Source: Sumerlaeia bacterium (GTDB lineage Bacteria; Sumerlaeota; Sumerlaeia; MVZB01). Taken from it: 64,000 bases of DNA. The notes under the pieces were generated by a model. It worked only from the letters and a program-made list of their open reading frames with translations. It was not told the origin of the DNA and did no database searches. Numbering within the stretch: position 1 is the stretch's first letter; every line of letters starts with the position of its first letter. The stretch spans positions 33,840 to 97,839 of the forward strand of contig JAWLCE010000001.1 of assembly GCA_041687335.1 (NCBI GenBank), in the 5' to 3' direction. Positions 46,000-55,695 of this stretch are shown piece after piece. The position numbers and the translations under genes were made by a program.

Positions 46000-48420
46000 T
46001 CAGCCCAGAGCCGCCTCAAGCAGCTCGCGGGCGGAGCTGCGCGCGCGATCGCCGATCTCGCGGGCGGGACCGACGCAGGCGGGGCAGCCCTCGCGGCAGG
46101 CGCACCCGCGCGCCCGCGCCAGCGCCGCGCGCAGAATCTGGCGATCCAGGCCATAGGCTCGCCGGGCCAGCCCGATGCCGCCGGCGTAGCGGTCATAGAG
46201 GTAGATCGTCGGCAGCCCGTCCTGCAGGGCGCGCACCATCACGACGGGGACCAAGTCGCGCGGGTCGCTCATCACGTAGAGCGCGGTGACGTTGGACATG
46301 AGCCAGGCCAGGCCCTTGAGGCCGCTGCCCAGATCGAGGCCGCGGGCCTCAAGCCACTCCTTGGAGTCGGGGCGCAGCGTCCACCAGGCGGCCTGGGTGT
46401 GCAGTTCGTATTGGGGCAGCTCGATCTCGCCGTAGCCAACCGTCTCCTGGGTCTCAAACTTGATCTTCTTGAACTTGGGAACCGTGACGTCGACGCGCAC
46501 GTCGCCGAAATGGCGCGCCAGGAAGGGCTGGAAGGGCCGCTCAGATTCGGAAGCCACGAATGAACACGAATTTTCACCAATGCCGGTTTCATCGGATTTC
46601 GTGCATTCTTGCGTGTTCGTTCGTGGCTCAAACTCCTCGGTCTGGTCCACGTGCAGCACGACGAGATCGTTCTTGGTGATGGCGTCGGTGTAGTAGTCGC
46701 TCTTGACGGCTCGCACGAACGCCTTGCGGCGGTGCCAGTCCAACTGGTCGACGTAAAAGGTGCGCCCCTGGTGCATGTAGATCGCCTGGGGGTGGATCAG
46801 TTCCTGGGCGGAGTCGTAGTCGACCTCGCCCAGGACGCGGTTGCCATCGGTGGTGTCGTGGATGACGAAGTTCTGCGCGGTCGAGGTGCGCAGCGAGACC
46901 GACTCGGCGGGGAAGGAGTCGCTCGACCAGTGCCAGGCGCCGGCGGAGCGGCGGGCGAGACGCTGCTCCTCGAAATATTCCAGCAGCGCCGCCGGATGGG
47001 CCTCGCCGTAGCTCTCCCCCTCGCGCAGCGGGATTTCGCTGAGCGCGCACTTCAGGTGGTCGGCCAGGATCAGGATGTTGTCCGGGTTGGTGATGCCGTT
47101 TTCGGGGGTCGCCTCGAGCAGGTATTGCGGGTTTTCCATCAGGAACTGGTCGAGCGGTGAGCTGTTGCCCACCAGCACCACGGCGGCAGTCTGGGTGGAG
47201 CGGCCGGCACGCCCCCCCTGCTGCCAGAGCGAGGCGATGGAGCCGGGATAGCCGCACAGGACCGCGGCCTGGAGCGAACCGATGTCGATGCCCAGCTCAA
47301 GCGCGTTGGTGGAGACCACCCCGAGCACGCCGCCCTCGCGGATGCCGCGCTCGATCTCGCGCCGTTCGTTGGGCAGATAGCCGCCGCGATAGCCGCGGAT
47401 GAGGTCGGGGTCGCGCCCCAATCGCGCCAGCGCGCGCCGCAGGTAGGTGGTCAGGATCTCGACACGCACCCGCGAGCGGGCGAAGACGATCGTCTGGAGG
47501 CCGCGCTCGAGGAAGCGCAGCGCCACCCGGCGCGTCTCCTTGACCGAGCTGGCGCGGATGCCGAGTTCCTTGTTGACCACCGGCGGGTTATACATCACCA
47601 ATACCCGCTCCCCGCGCGGGGCGCCGTTGTTGGCGATGACGCGGACGGGCTCGCCGACCAGGGTCTCGGCCATCTCACCGGGATTGGCCACCGTCGCGCT
47701 GCAGCAGATGAAGCGCGGCTTGGAGCCGTAGAACTCGCAGATGCGGCGCAGCCGGCGCAGCACGTTGGCCACGTGGCTGCCGAAGACGCCGCGATACTGG
47801 TGCAGCTCATCGATGACGACCGTCTCCAGGTTCTCGAACAGCTTGATCCACTTGGTGTGGTGGGGCAGGATGCCCGAGTGCAGCATGTCGGGGTTGGTCA
47901 CGACCAGCTGGCCGGCGGAGCGGATCGCCCGGCGCGCGGCCGAGGGGGTGTCGCCGTCGAAGGTATAGACCTTGATCTCACGCCCCACCTCGCGCGTCAG
48001 CTCGTAGAGGCCGTGATACTGGTCGTGGGAGAGGGCCTTGGTCGGGAAGAGGTAGAGCGCGCGCGACTCCGGGCGCTCGAGCTGGCGCTGCAGGACGGGA
48101 AGGTTATAGCAGAGGGTCTTGCCGCTGGCGGTGGGGGTGACGATGACGACGTGCTCGCCGGCGAGCGAGCGGGCGCAGGCCTCGGCCTGATGGGTGTAGA
48201 GTTGCTCGATGCCGCGGCGGGCGAGGGCCTCGCGCAGCTCGGGGGCCAGCCCGGGCGGAAAGTCGGCAAACTGGGCCGGCTGGGCCGGGATGCGGTGCCA
48301 GTGGGCGATGTTGCGCGCCAGGCGGTGTCCGCCGCGCAGCGTGGACAAAACCTCCTCCATCGCCTGGCTGGCGGCGGGCTGGCCGTATGCTTCGCTCGTC
48401 GGATTGGTGGTCATGCTCAT
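46000..48420 (-). CDS. DEAD/DEAH-box helicase with a C-terminal DUF1998 four-Cys domain (MrfA/YprA-like)
   Basis: Helicase motifs TPTASGKT and DELH, and a C-terminal CACREGCPACVGP motif. It contains an in-frame palindromic repeat element at 46552-46628. Confidence 0.75.
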   Translation of the reverse strand: MSMTTNPTSEAYGQPAASQAMEEVLSTLRGGHRLARNIAHWHRIPAQPAQFADFPPGLAPELREALARRGIEQLYTHQAEACARSLAGEHVVIVTPTASGKTLCYNLPVLQRQLERPESRALYLFPTKALSHDQYHGLYELTREVGREIKVYTFDGDTPSAARRAIRSAGQLVVTNPDMLHSGILPHHTKWIKLFENLETVVIDELHQYRGVFGSHVANVLRRLRRICEFYGSKPRFICCSATVANPGEMAETLVGEPVRVIANNGAPRGERVLVMYNPPVVNKELGIRASSVKETRRVALRFLERGLQTIVFARSRVRVEILTTYLRRALARLGRDPDLIRGYRGGYLPNERREIERGIREGGVLGVVSTNALELGIDIGSLQAAVLCGYPGSIASLWQQGGRAGRSTQTAAVVLVGNSSPLDQFLMENPQYLLEATPENGITNPDNILILADHLKCALSEIPLREGESYGEAHPAALLEYFEEQRLARRSAGAWHWSSDSFPAESVSLRTSTAQNFVIHDTTDGNRVLGEVDYDSAQELIHPQAIYMHQGRTFYVDQLDWHRRKAFVRAVKSDYYTDAITKNDLVVLHVDQTEEFEPRTNTQECTKSDETGIGENSCSFVASESERPFQPFLARHFGDVRVDVTVPKFKKIKFETQETVGYGEIELPQYELHTQAAWWTLRPDSKEWLEARGLDLGSGLKGLAWLMSNVTALYVMSDPRDLVPVVMVRALQDGLPTIYLYDRYAGGIGLARRAYGLDRQILRAALARARGCACREGCPACVGPAREIGDRARSSARELLEAALG
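46552..46628. repeat. Palindromic CACGAAT-family element embedded in-frame in the helicase CDS
   Basis: Sequence agccacgaatgaacacgaattttcaccaatgccggtttcatcggatttcgtgcattcttgcgtgttcgttcgtggct. Its left and right halves are imperfect reverse complements of each other. Confidence 0.6.
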
Positions 48421-49040
48421 TGTTCACTCGTCAGCTTTCGCCAATTCTTCGCATCTCGACTATAGCCGACCCGCCCGCCCCGCGCGACGAAAAAATCGCC
48501 CCACGCCTCAGCTCAAGAGCCGACCCGCTTGGTTCATTATTTTTTTGTCGCAAAGGCCGCAGAGTAACGCCCAAAGCACGCAAAGTCGTGGCGAAGCGGC
48601 AGGTGACGGCGCGTGGGGGAAGTATGGGGCATGGGTTGGATATAACGTTGGCAGTTAGGGAGAAGAGTCGGACACGGATTGGCGGATCGGGCGGATTGGC
48701 GCAGATCGGAGGGGGAGTAGGGAGAAAGGCGTTTAGACTTTCAGAGATCGACCGGCGAGGGCGCCGGTCCCACACTTTTCATATACCGGGCAGGTCATTA
48801 TTGCTGGGCCGATCCTGTAAATGAGTTGTGGGTTGTGGGTTTCGGGTTTATTGGTTGGGAACGGTTTAGAGGATGCCGGGAAGAACCATATGTTTCGTGT
48901 TTCAGGTGCGACACATAAGTTTCTAGTTTCAAGTTTCTAGTTTCAAGTTCCAGTCGGGTTGGCCGCCTCCAGTTTTTCATGGCACCCGCCAGACTGATGG
49001 GATTAGCATCGCCTCACCCAATCATGGAAAGGCGCGACCC

Positions 49041-50405
49041 ATGCAACGCAGACGCTTCCTGAATATTTCAGCCCGCACGCTTTTTCTGCTCGGTGCCGGC
49101 GCGAGCGCCCTGGATGCCCGCCGCGCCTACGGCGCCGCCGATCGCGTGAGGCTGGCGCTGGTCGGCTGCGGCGGGCGCGGCCGGGTGATGGCGCAGAACC
49201 TGCTCAACGAGGGGCTGCCCGCCGACATCAGCCACCTCTTTGATGCCGATACCGCGCGTGCCGACGCCGTCGTCAAGGCGATCGTCGATCTGGGCGGTCG
49301 CCCGCCCGTCGTTGCCCGCTCGCTGGAGGAAATCCTCGCCGAGCCGACGATTGACGCGGTGCTGATCGCGACGCCCAACCAATGGCATGCGCCCCAGACC
49401 CTGCTGGCGCTGCGGGCGGGCAAGGATGTCTACGTCGAGAAGCCGCACTCGCACACGATTGCCGAAGGCCGCCTGATGGTCGAGGCGGCCATCCGGCTCG
49501 GGCGCATCGTCCAGATCGGCGCCCAGAATCGCAGCGCCGACTATATCGAGCTGGCCTGTGACTACATCCGCGAGGGCCATCTGGGCACGGTTCACCTGGT
49601 CAAGGTTTACAATGCGAAGTCCAACTCCTCCTTCGCCCCGCGCGGGGTGTCCTACACCCTTGGCCAATCCGAACCGCAACCCGAGACGCTGAACTGGGAC
49701 CTCTGGCTGGGGCCGGCCGCCGCGCGCCCCTACCATCACCGCATCTACCGCGCCCACGGCTGGATCGCCTTCTGGGATTACTCCTGCGGCGACATGGACG
49801 ACGGCATCCACCAGATCGACATCGCGCGCAAGCTGATGGGCGATCCCCCCGGGCCCAAGCTCGTCCAGGCCACCGGTGGCCGCCTCTGCTTCGCCGACAA
49901 CGATGCCGAGACGCCCGACACCCTCGCCGCCAGCTGGCAATACGACAACTTCCTGATGACCTGCGACATGACCTGCTGGCCGCGCTACATGGAGAAGTCA
50001 ACCACCACGATCCGCCGCAACGACCTGCTCCCCTTCTGGACCCAGAATTCCGAGCGGATTGAGCTGTATGGCACCGAGCAGATGATGATCCTGGGCCGGA
50101 TGGGCGGCGGCTGGATCGCGATGTCCAGCGGCGGCCGCGTGGTTCATACCGAATACGGTCGTGTCCCGGATACGCCCCACATGCTCGACTTTCTCGAAGC
50201 CATCCGCAGCCGTCGCCCGACGCGCGGCCGCCTCGAGCTGGTCAACCCAAGCCAGGAACTTGTGCACATGGCCAACATTGCCCACCGCGTCGGCAATACC
50301 ACGCTGCGCTGGGACGACGATGCGGGGCGCTTCATCGGCAACGATGCCGCCAACGGGCTGCTCGTGCGCGAATACCGGCGGGGCTATGAGCTGCCCGAGG
50401 TCTGA
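49041..50405 (+). CDS. Gfo/Idh/MocA-family oxidoreductase with a Tat signal
   Basis: MQRRRFLNISARTLFLLGAGASA is a Tat signal and LALVGCGGRG is a Rossmann motif. Confidence 0.8.
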   Translation: MQRRRFLNISARTLFLLGAGASALDARRAYGAADRVRLALVGCGGRGRVMAQNLLNEGLPADISHLFDADTARADAVVKAIVDLGGRPPVVARSLEEILAEPTIDAVLIATPNQWHAPQTLLALRAGKDVYVEKPHSHTIAEGRLMVEAAIRLGRIVQIGAQNRSADYIELACDYIREGHLGTVHLVKVYNAKSNSSFAPRGVSYTLGQSEPQPETLNWDLWLGPAAARPYHHRIYRAHGWIAFWDYSCGDMDDGIHQIDIARKLMGDPPGPKLVQATGGRLCFADNDAETPDTLAASWQYDNFLMTCDMTCWPRYMEKSTTTIRRNDLLPFWTQNSERIELYGTEQMMILGRMGGGWIAMSSGGRVVHTEYGRVPDTPHMLDFLEAIRSRRPTRGRLELVNPSQELVHMANIAHRVGNTTLRWDDDAGRFIGNDAANGLLVREYRRGYELPEV

Positions 50406-50423
50406 TCGCGTGGGCGAGTCGGC

Positions 50424-50768
50424 TCACGGCGCCGGCGGATCGCGGCGGTCGCGGCCGCTCCCCTTGCCAAGGATGCGCGAGAAAAAGCCGGTGGCGAATC
50501 CGGCGACGATGAAGACCAGGGCGGCGATGACGTAGGCGGCGATCGAACCGGGCGGGCGGGAGGCCAGGCCGACGTTGAGCAACCACCACAACGCCAGCGC
50601 CAGCGGGCCGGCGGCCGCCAGCAACAGCGCATTGCGCCGCAACCGTTCCGGCGGCGGGGTTTCGCTCATGCGGGCGCTGGCGGTCATTGCCGAATAGATC
50701 AGCAGTGCCAGCAGGGGGGTTGCCAGCGCCAGCCCGATCATGATCGCGCGCAGGTCGACGTCGTTCAT
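50424..50768 (-). CDS. Small hypothetical membrane protein (3 TM)
   Basis: Hydrophobic segments only. Its start overlaps the stop of the upstream gene. Confidence 0.35.
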   Translation of the reverse strand: MNDVDLRAIMIGLALATPLLALLIYSAMTASARMSETPPPERLRRNALLLAAAGPLALALWWLLNVGLASRPPGSIAAYVIAALVFIVAGFATGFFSRILGKGSGRDRRDPPAP

Positions 50769-52549
50769 GTCGATTCCACCTGAATCGGCTCGGGGGTCTG
50801 CGGGGGCGGCGGCAGTTCCTCGAGCAGGTCCTCCAACCGCGCCGGCAGGGCCGAGCCGAGCAGTTCGGTGTTGACCTGAAGCTGGTCATGGACGCGCTGC
50901 TGGATCGCCTCGACCGCCTCCACCGCGCGCCGTTCGGTGACGATGCGCCCGATGAGCGGACGCAGCTCGTCCTTCTCCCACTGCTCGGCGGGACGGCTCT
51001 GCTCGACCACGAACATCAGCCAGCCACGGGGGGTCAGCACCGGCTCCGAGACCAGCGGAGGATCGCCCGAGGCGGGATCGTAGGGCCAGCGGCGGTCCTG
51101 CTTCTGGAGGTGCTCCAGCAGCTCGGGCCCTTGGGGCTCGACCTCGAGCTCGATGCCAGGCTGCTGATAATCCTCGACCAGCTCACGCGGGGCGTCGGCG
51201 GCGAGCAGCTGCTCGCGCAGCGCCAGGGCCTGTTCGCGGACGGCCAGCGGCGAGAGCGGCTGCTCGCCCTCGGCGGGGCGCGGCCGCATCAGCAGGCGTG
51301 CCCCCACAACCACCGGATGGCCGACATACTCATGGCTCCAGCTCTCGGCGGCGCGGTCGAGTTCCACCCGGCTCGGCGGCTCCAGCGTCTCACGCAGGCG
51401 CTGCACAAGAAAGCGGGCGTGCACCTGAGCGCGGGCCTGGGCCACCTGAGGTCCTTCGAGCAGGAATTCCTCGATGCCAAGCCGGGCTGCGCGCTCGTTG
51501 AGGGTGGTCAGCTCGAGAAGCTGGGGCATGCGCCGAATGAGGCCCGGGCGATCCAGCGGCGGGCCCTGCTCGAAACGATTGATCGCCTGCAGGTCCGCCA
51601 TCGTCCAGCGCCGATCCCCGACCTCGACCAGCACGTCATCGCCCGCGGGCAGCGGGCCGGCCGGCGAGCGCAGCGCGACCGGGGTGCGCGCGCCGTAGGC
51701 ATAATGGAGCCGGTTGATGGGGGCCTTGAGGAGTTGCTGAAAATAAAAGCGCGAGACGGGGCTCAGATTGAACTCGGCAAAAGTCATGTCGGGCCGGATG
51801 ACGGTGGAGCGGGTGACATAGAAGATATGGAAGCCGGCGGCGGATTCGAGGACCTCGGAGACCTCCAGCGGCTTCATCGAGGCCAGCAGCTCCCACAGGT
51901 CGGGATCCAGGTTGGGCAGGTCAGGGGTGAAGACGATGGCCTCGGTCGACTTGTTCTGGGCCTCGCTGACTTCCATCAGCACGTCCTCAAATTTTTCGCC
52001 CCCCTCGACGACGCGACGGCGGGCCTGTTCGGCGCGCTCACGCTGGGCCGCGCGCTGCTCGGGGGTCATCCCCTCGGCGCGCAGGAAAATGAAATTGGCC
52101 CGCACCTGCGGGATGTAGGCCCACTCCTTGAATTTTTCCATGAAGAGTTCCATCTCGGCGCGGGGCGGATCGGGGCCGATCATTTCGAACTTGAGGCCGC
52201 CGCGGGACTGGGCGGCGATGCTGGCGCCGGTGGCCATCCGCAGCGCGGCCTGATAGCCGGCATCCTGCTCGCCACCAAGGCGGCGGGCTTCGCTCGCCAG
52301 CGCGCGCTCGACCAGCAGCGGACGCGCCAAGCCGGCGACCGCCTCGGCACTGAGGGTCCCGGTCGCGCTGCGATCCTCCCAAAGGACGGCCTTGAACGCC
52401 GAGCGCACCTGGTCGGCCGAGAGCGCCTCGGCGCCGGCGTGGGCGAGCGTGTCGGCAGGGAGCACGATTGGAGCATCGACGACACGGTCGCGGCAGGCAG
52501 ACACCCCCAACATAAGACATAAGCTCAAAATAATCATTGTTTTGTGCAT
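50765..52549 (-). CDS. Periplasmic parvulin-type peptidyl-prolyl isomerase chaperone (SurA/PpiD-like), lipoprotein
   Basis: The start was refined to MHKTMIILSLCLMLGVSAC (lipobox). The parvulin-like core ESAAGFHIFYVT is present. Confidence 0.5.
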   Translation of the reverse strand: MHKTMIILSLCLMLGVSACRDRVVDAPIVLPADTLAHAGAEALSADQVRSAFKAVLWEDRSATGTLSAEAVAGLARPLLVERALASEARRLGGEQDAGYQAALRMATGASIAAQSRGGLKFEMIGPDPPRAEMELFMEKFKEWAYIPQVRANFIFLRAEGMTPEQRAAQRERAEQARRRVVEGGEKFEDVLMEVSEAQNKSTEAIVFTPDLPNLDPDLWELLASMKPLEVSEVLESAAGFHIFYVTRSTVIRPDMTFAEFNLSPVSRFYFQQLLKAPINRLHYAYGARTPVALRSPAGPLPAGDDVLVEVGDRRWTMADLQAINRFEQGPPLDRPGLIRRMPQLLELTTLNERAARLGIEEFLLEGPQVAQARAQVHARFLVQRLRETLEPPSRVELDRAAESWSHEYVGHPVVVGARLLMRPRPAEGEQPLSPLAVREQALALREQLLAADAPRELVEDYQQPGIELEVEPQGPELLEHLQKQDRRWPYDPASGDPPLVSEPVLTPRGWLMFVVEQSRPAEQWEKDELRPLIGRIVTERRAVEAVEAIQQRVHDQLQVNTELLGSALPARLEDLLEELPPPPQTPEPIQVEST

Positions 52550-52805
52550 GATTTTCGACCGTTGCCGAAAATTCTGCGCGAAAGCCAAAGTTTGCGCGCG
52601 GGCCGTTTGTGATTGACAATCAAGGCTCATGTTTTCAAAATCCTTTCCGATCCGTCTTACTGATGGACTGGCCAAAAACAATTCCTGACGGAGTGGAAAA
52701 TTAAAGCTGCTCAAAGCATCGTGGGTGGATGAGTACTGGCCACCCCGCTACCCTCACACCATACGCGAACAGGAGACCATTTTGAAGCCCAACGCGCACA
52801 AGAAC

Positions 52806-53789
52806 ATGATTCGCCTGATGATCTGGGCGTTTCTGGGGTGCGCCGGGCTGGGTCATCCTGCCACCGCCGTTGTCCCCCCGCCTGCGGGCAGCCTGGCCCC
52901 GGCCGTCATCGAAGACCCTTCCTCCGCCGTCCGCAACGAACTGATCTCACGCATTGAATTCGAGGAACTGAATTTGAGTCTGGTGGGCGTCACGACGGTG
53001 GACGGCAAGCCGGTGTGTTACCTCAAGCACCCAGGGGCGCTCGAGCCGATGGTCTACCAGCCCGGGGATGTGATCGGGGGCTTCAAGCTGGAGCTGATCG
53101 AGGCCGGATCGGTGACGTTCGAGCGACGCGGGGTCCAGTTCTGGCTGCTGCCGGACTCGGAGGTGGAACTGGCCGAGGAGGAAGCGGGCGACGTGGGCGA
53201 GGTGGCCGAGGCGACGGTGGAGTCGGCGCGCGAGGCCCTGCTGGAGGAACTGGCGCAGGCCGAGGCCATCCAGGCGCCCGAGATCAAGACTGCCCGCTTG
53301 AGCCTGAAGAGCCGCACGGCGCAGTATGAATCGGCCAAACTGATCGAGGATGGCTCACGGACCAAGGCGCTGCTGGCGTCGCGAGCGCCGGCGGGTCCGC
53401 GGTTCATCCTGCCGATGAGCGGCAAGTTGACCTCCAGTTACGGCTATCGTCGCCACCCGATGGGCGGCCAGCGCAAATTCCACCATGGGGTGGACCTTGC
53501 CGCCCCGCATGGCAGCCGGATCATCGCCGCGGCCGCCGGCACCGTCACCCGCGTCAGTTACAATTCACTGCTGGGTCGCTACGTGATCATTGCGCACAGC
53601 GACGGATACGAGACCGTTTACGCGCATCTTTCGCGCCAGCTGGTCAAGGCCGGGCAGAAGGTGGCCCAAGGCCAGTCCATCGGCGAGGAAGGCAGCACCG
53701 GGTTGTCGACCGGGCCCCACCTGCACTTCGAAATTCGGCGCAACGGCACCAGCATCAATCCACTCAATTTCGTCCGACCGCGCCGCTAA
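52806..53789 (+). CDS. M23-family metallopeptidase
   Basis: Motifs HHGVDLAAPHGSRIIAAAAGTV and GSTGLSTGPHLHFEI. Confidence 0.8.
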   Translation: MIRLMIWAFLGCAGLGHPATAVVPPPAGSLAPAVIEDPSSAVRNELISRIEFEELNLSLVGVTTVDGKPVCYLKHPGALEPMVYQPGDVIGGFKLELIEAGSVTFERRGVQFWLLPDSEVELAEEEAGDVGEVAEATVESAREALLEELAQAEAIQAPEIKTARLSLKSRTAQYESAKLIEDGSRTKALLASRAPAGPRFILPMSGKLTSSYGYRRHPMGGQRKFHHGVDLAAPHGSRIIAAAAGTVTRVSYNSLLGRYVIIAHSDGYETVYAHLSRQLVKAGQKVAQGQSIGEEGSTGLSTGPHLHFEIRRNGTSINPLNFVRPRR

Positions 53790-53936
53790 GGAGCCCGCGC
53801 CCACTCGCATCGCAAGGGGCGCGCGGAGATCATATCTACGGGGCGGCTGCAATCTTTTTGCCCCCGAGGTCCGAAATTTGTTAGTCTTTGTAGGGATCGG
53901 CTCCTGTTCGGGGCCCCTTTCGCTGGGAATGACCTT

Positions 53937-54464
53937 ATGATCATGTCCGCCATCAACCTGCAGGCTGTCCGGCGACTGGTTCGTTTTTCGACCCTGCTGC
54001 GGGCGCTATGGTTGGCGATGGCGCTGCTGCACGTATGGCTGATCGCGCGGCGGCTGTGGCTGGGCGAGCTGGGGGGACTGCTCGAGCTGACGCGCGGGGC
54101 CCTCTGCCTGGCGGGCGTGGCCTACTGCTCACTCAAATTCTGGCGCGTGGCGACATTTTTTGATTCCCAGCCTCGGCGCGCGATCGCCTTCGGGCTGGCG
54201 CTGCTGGTCGGCCACGTCTTGATCGCGCCGCCGGGGACCCAGTCGCTGCTTGACCCGACGGGGATGCAACTGACCACAGTGCTGGTGACGGCGCCGCTGC
54301 TGCTGGCGCTGGGCCTGGTCGCTGCGGCCGGCCGCAGACGCCGTCAGGGACCGATTGCGTGGCGACTCGAGCCCGCCTCGGGCCGCACCAACGAACCACT
54401 GCCGATCCGGCTGTTTCAACTCTCACCCTCGCTTCACCGACGCCCCCCGCCCCGCCGCGCCTGA
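53937..54464 (+). CDS. Hypothetical membrane protein
   Basis: Four predicted TM segments and no recognised domain. Its 3' end overlaps the hemE upstream region. Confidence 0.3.
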   Translation: MIMSAINLQAVRRLVRFSTLLRALWLAMALLHVWLIARRLWLGELGGLLELTRGALCLAGVAYCSLKFWRVATFFDSQPRRAIAFGLALLVGHVLIAPPGTQSLLDPTGMQLTTVLVTAPLLLALGLVAAAGRRRRQGPIAWRLEPASGRTNEPLPIRLFQLSPSLHRRPPPRRA

Positions 54465-54603
54465 GCCGGGACGGGGCCCGTCGCGTTTCCACCTTCGATC
54501 GCATCGATCTGCCTGGAACCGCACCGAGCCGCGCCCCGCGTCCCGGCATACCGGGTATCTCCGCCGGCGGCTGGTCCGCCGCCCTTCCATTGGCGTTCAT
54601 GAG

Positions 54604-55695
54604 ATGGAGCCCAACGTGAATCGACCTTCTGAACCGATTGCGTCCGCGGCCGCGCCGGCCGCCGCCATCACCCCGCGCGAGCGCATGCTGCGCGCGCTGC
54701 GCGGCCAGCCGGCCGATCGCGTCCCCGGCTGGCTGATGCGCCAGGCGGGGCGCTACCTGCCGCAGTATCACGAGGTGCGGCGCAACCACAATTTCCTCGA
54801 GCTGTGCAAGACGCCGACGGCGGCGGCCGAGGTTTCGATCCAGCCGGTCGAGGCGATCGGGACCGACGCAATCATCATCTTCAACGACATCATGCTGCCG
54901 CTCGAACATGCGGGGGCGCGCGTGGAGTTCGACGAGCGCGGGCCGATCGTGCGCAACCCGGTGGCCACGGACGAGGACCTGCGCGCGCTGGCCGAGCGTG
55001 AGGTGACGATGGGCGAGCCGATCGTCGAGACGATCCGCGAGACGCGGCGGCGGGTGGGGCCCGACTTCCCGATCCTAGGGTTTGTCGGCGCGCCTTTCAC
55101 GCTGGCGACCTATTGGGTCGAAGGCCGGGTCGGCAAGCAGTTCGCCGCGATCGGCAAGCTGCGCGCGGGCCAGCCGTTGCTGCTGGAGGAACTGCTCGAC
55201 CGCATCACGCGCGCGGTGAGCGATTACCTGCGCATCCAGATTGAGGCGGGCGCCGACGCGGTCCAGATTTTCGACACCTGGGGCTCGCTGCTGACCCAGG
55301 AGGAGTGGGGGCGCTTCTCGGCGCCTTACATCCGGCGCGTGGTCGAGGCGGTGCGGCCGCTGGGCGTGCCGGTGATCCTATACGTCGGTGGCTGCGCACC
55401 CTACATTGACCAGATGGCGCGGGTCGGCGCCGACGCCCTCAGCATCGACTGGCGAGTCTCGCTGGGCTGGGCGCGCGAGCGGATCGGTGGGGGGATCGCG
55501 CTGCAGGGCAACCTCGACCCGACGATCCTGCTGGCCGGGCCGGGCCCGACCGCCGATGCGGTGGAGCGGCTGTTCGAGAAGTTCCCGCCCGGGCCGGGAC
55601 ATGTCTTCAACCTGGGGCACGGCGTGCTGCCGACGACACCGGTGGAAAGCGCGCGCGCGCTGATGGAGGCGCTCAAGCGACATGGGGCATATTAA
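54604..55695 (+). CDS. hemE: Uroporphyrinogen decarboxylase
   Basis: The start was refined to MEPNVNRP. RVPGWLMRQAGRYLPQY is the diagnostic HemE N-terminal motif. Confidence 0.85.
   Translation: MEPNVNRPSEPIASAAAPAAAITPRERMLRALRGQPADRVPGWLMRQAGRYLPQYHEVRRNHNFLELCKTPTAAAEVSIQPVEAIGTDAIIIFNDIMLPLEHAGARVEFDERGPIVRNPVATDEDLRALAEREVTMGEPIVETIRETRRRVGPDFPILGFVGAPFTLATYWVEGRVGKQFAAIGKLRAGQPLLLEELLDRITRAVSDYLRIQIEAGADAVQIFDTWGSLLTQEEWGRFSAPYIRRVVEAVRPLGVPVILYVGGCAPYIDQMARVGADALSIDWRVSLGWARERIGGGIALQGNLDPTILLAGPGPTADAVERLFEKFPPGPGHVFNLGHGVLPTTPVESARALMEALKRHGAY

Noticed and set aside
46000-48420. The DUF1998 helicase as part of a DISARM-like or MrfAB-type multi-gene defence or repair system
   Set aside because: Helicase and DUF1998 are in one polypeptide (MrfA/YprA-like). 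No MrfB-like exonuclease, PLD nuclease or methyltransferase is adjacent. It is called a stand-alone repair-type helicase.
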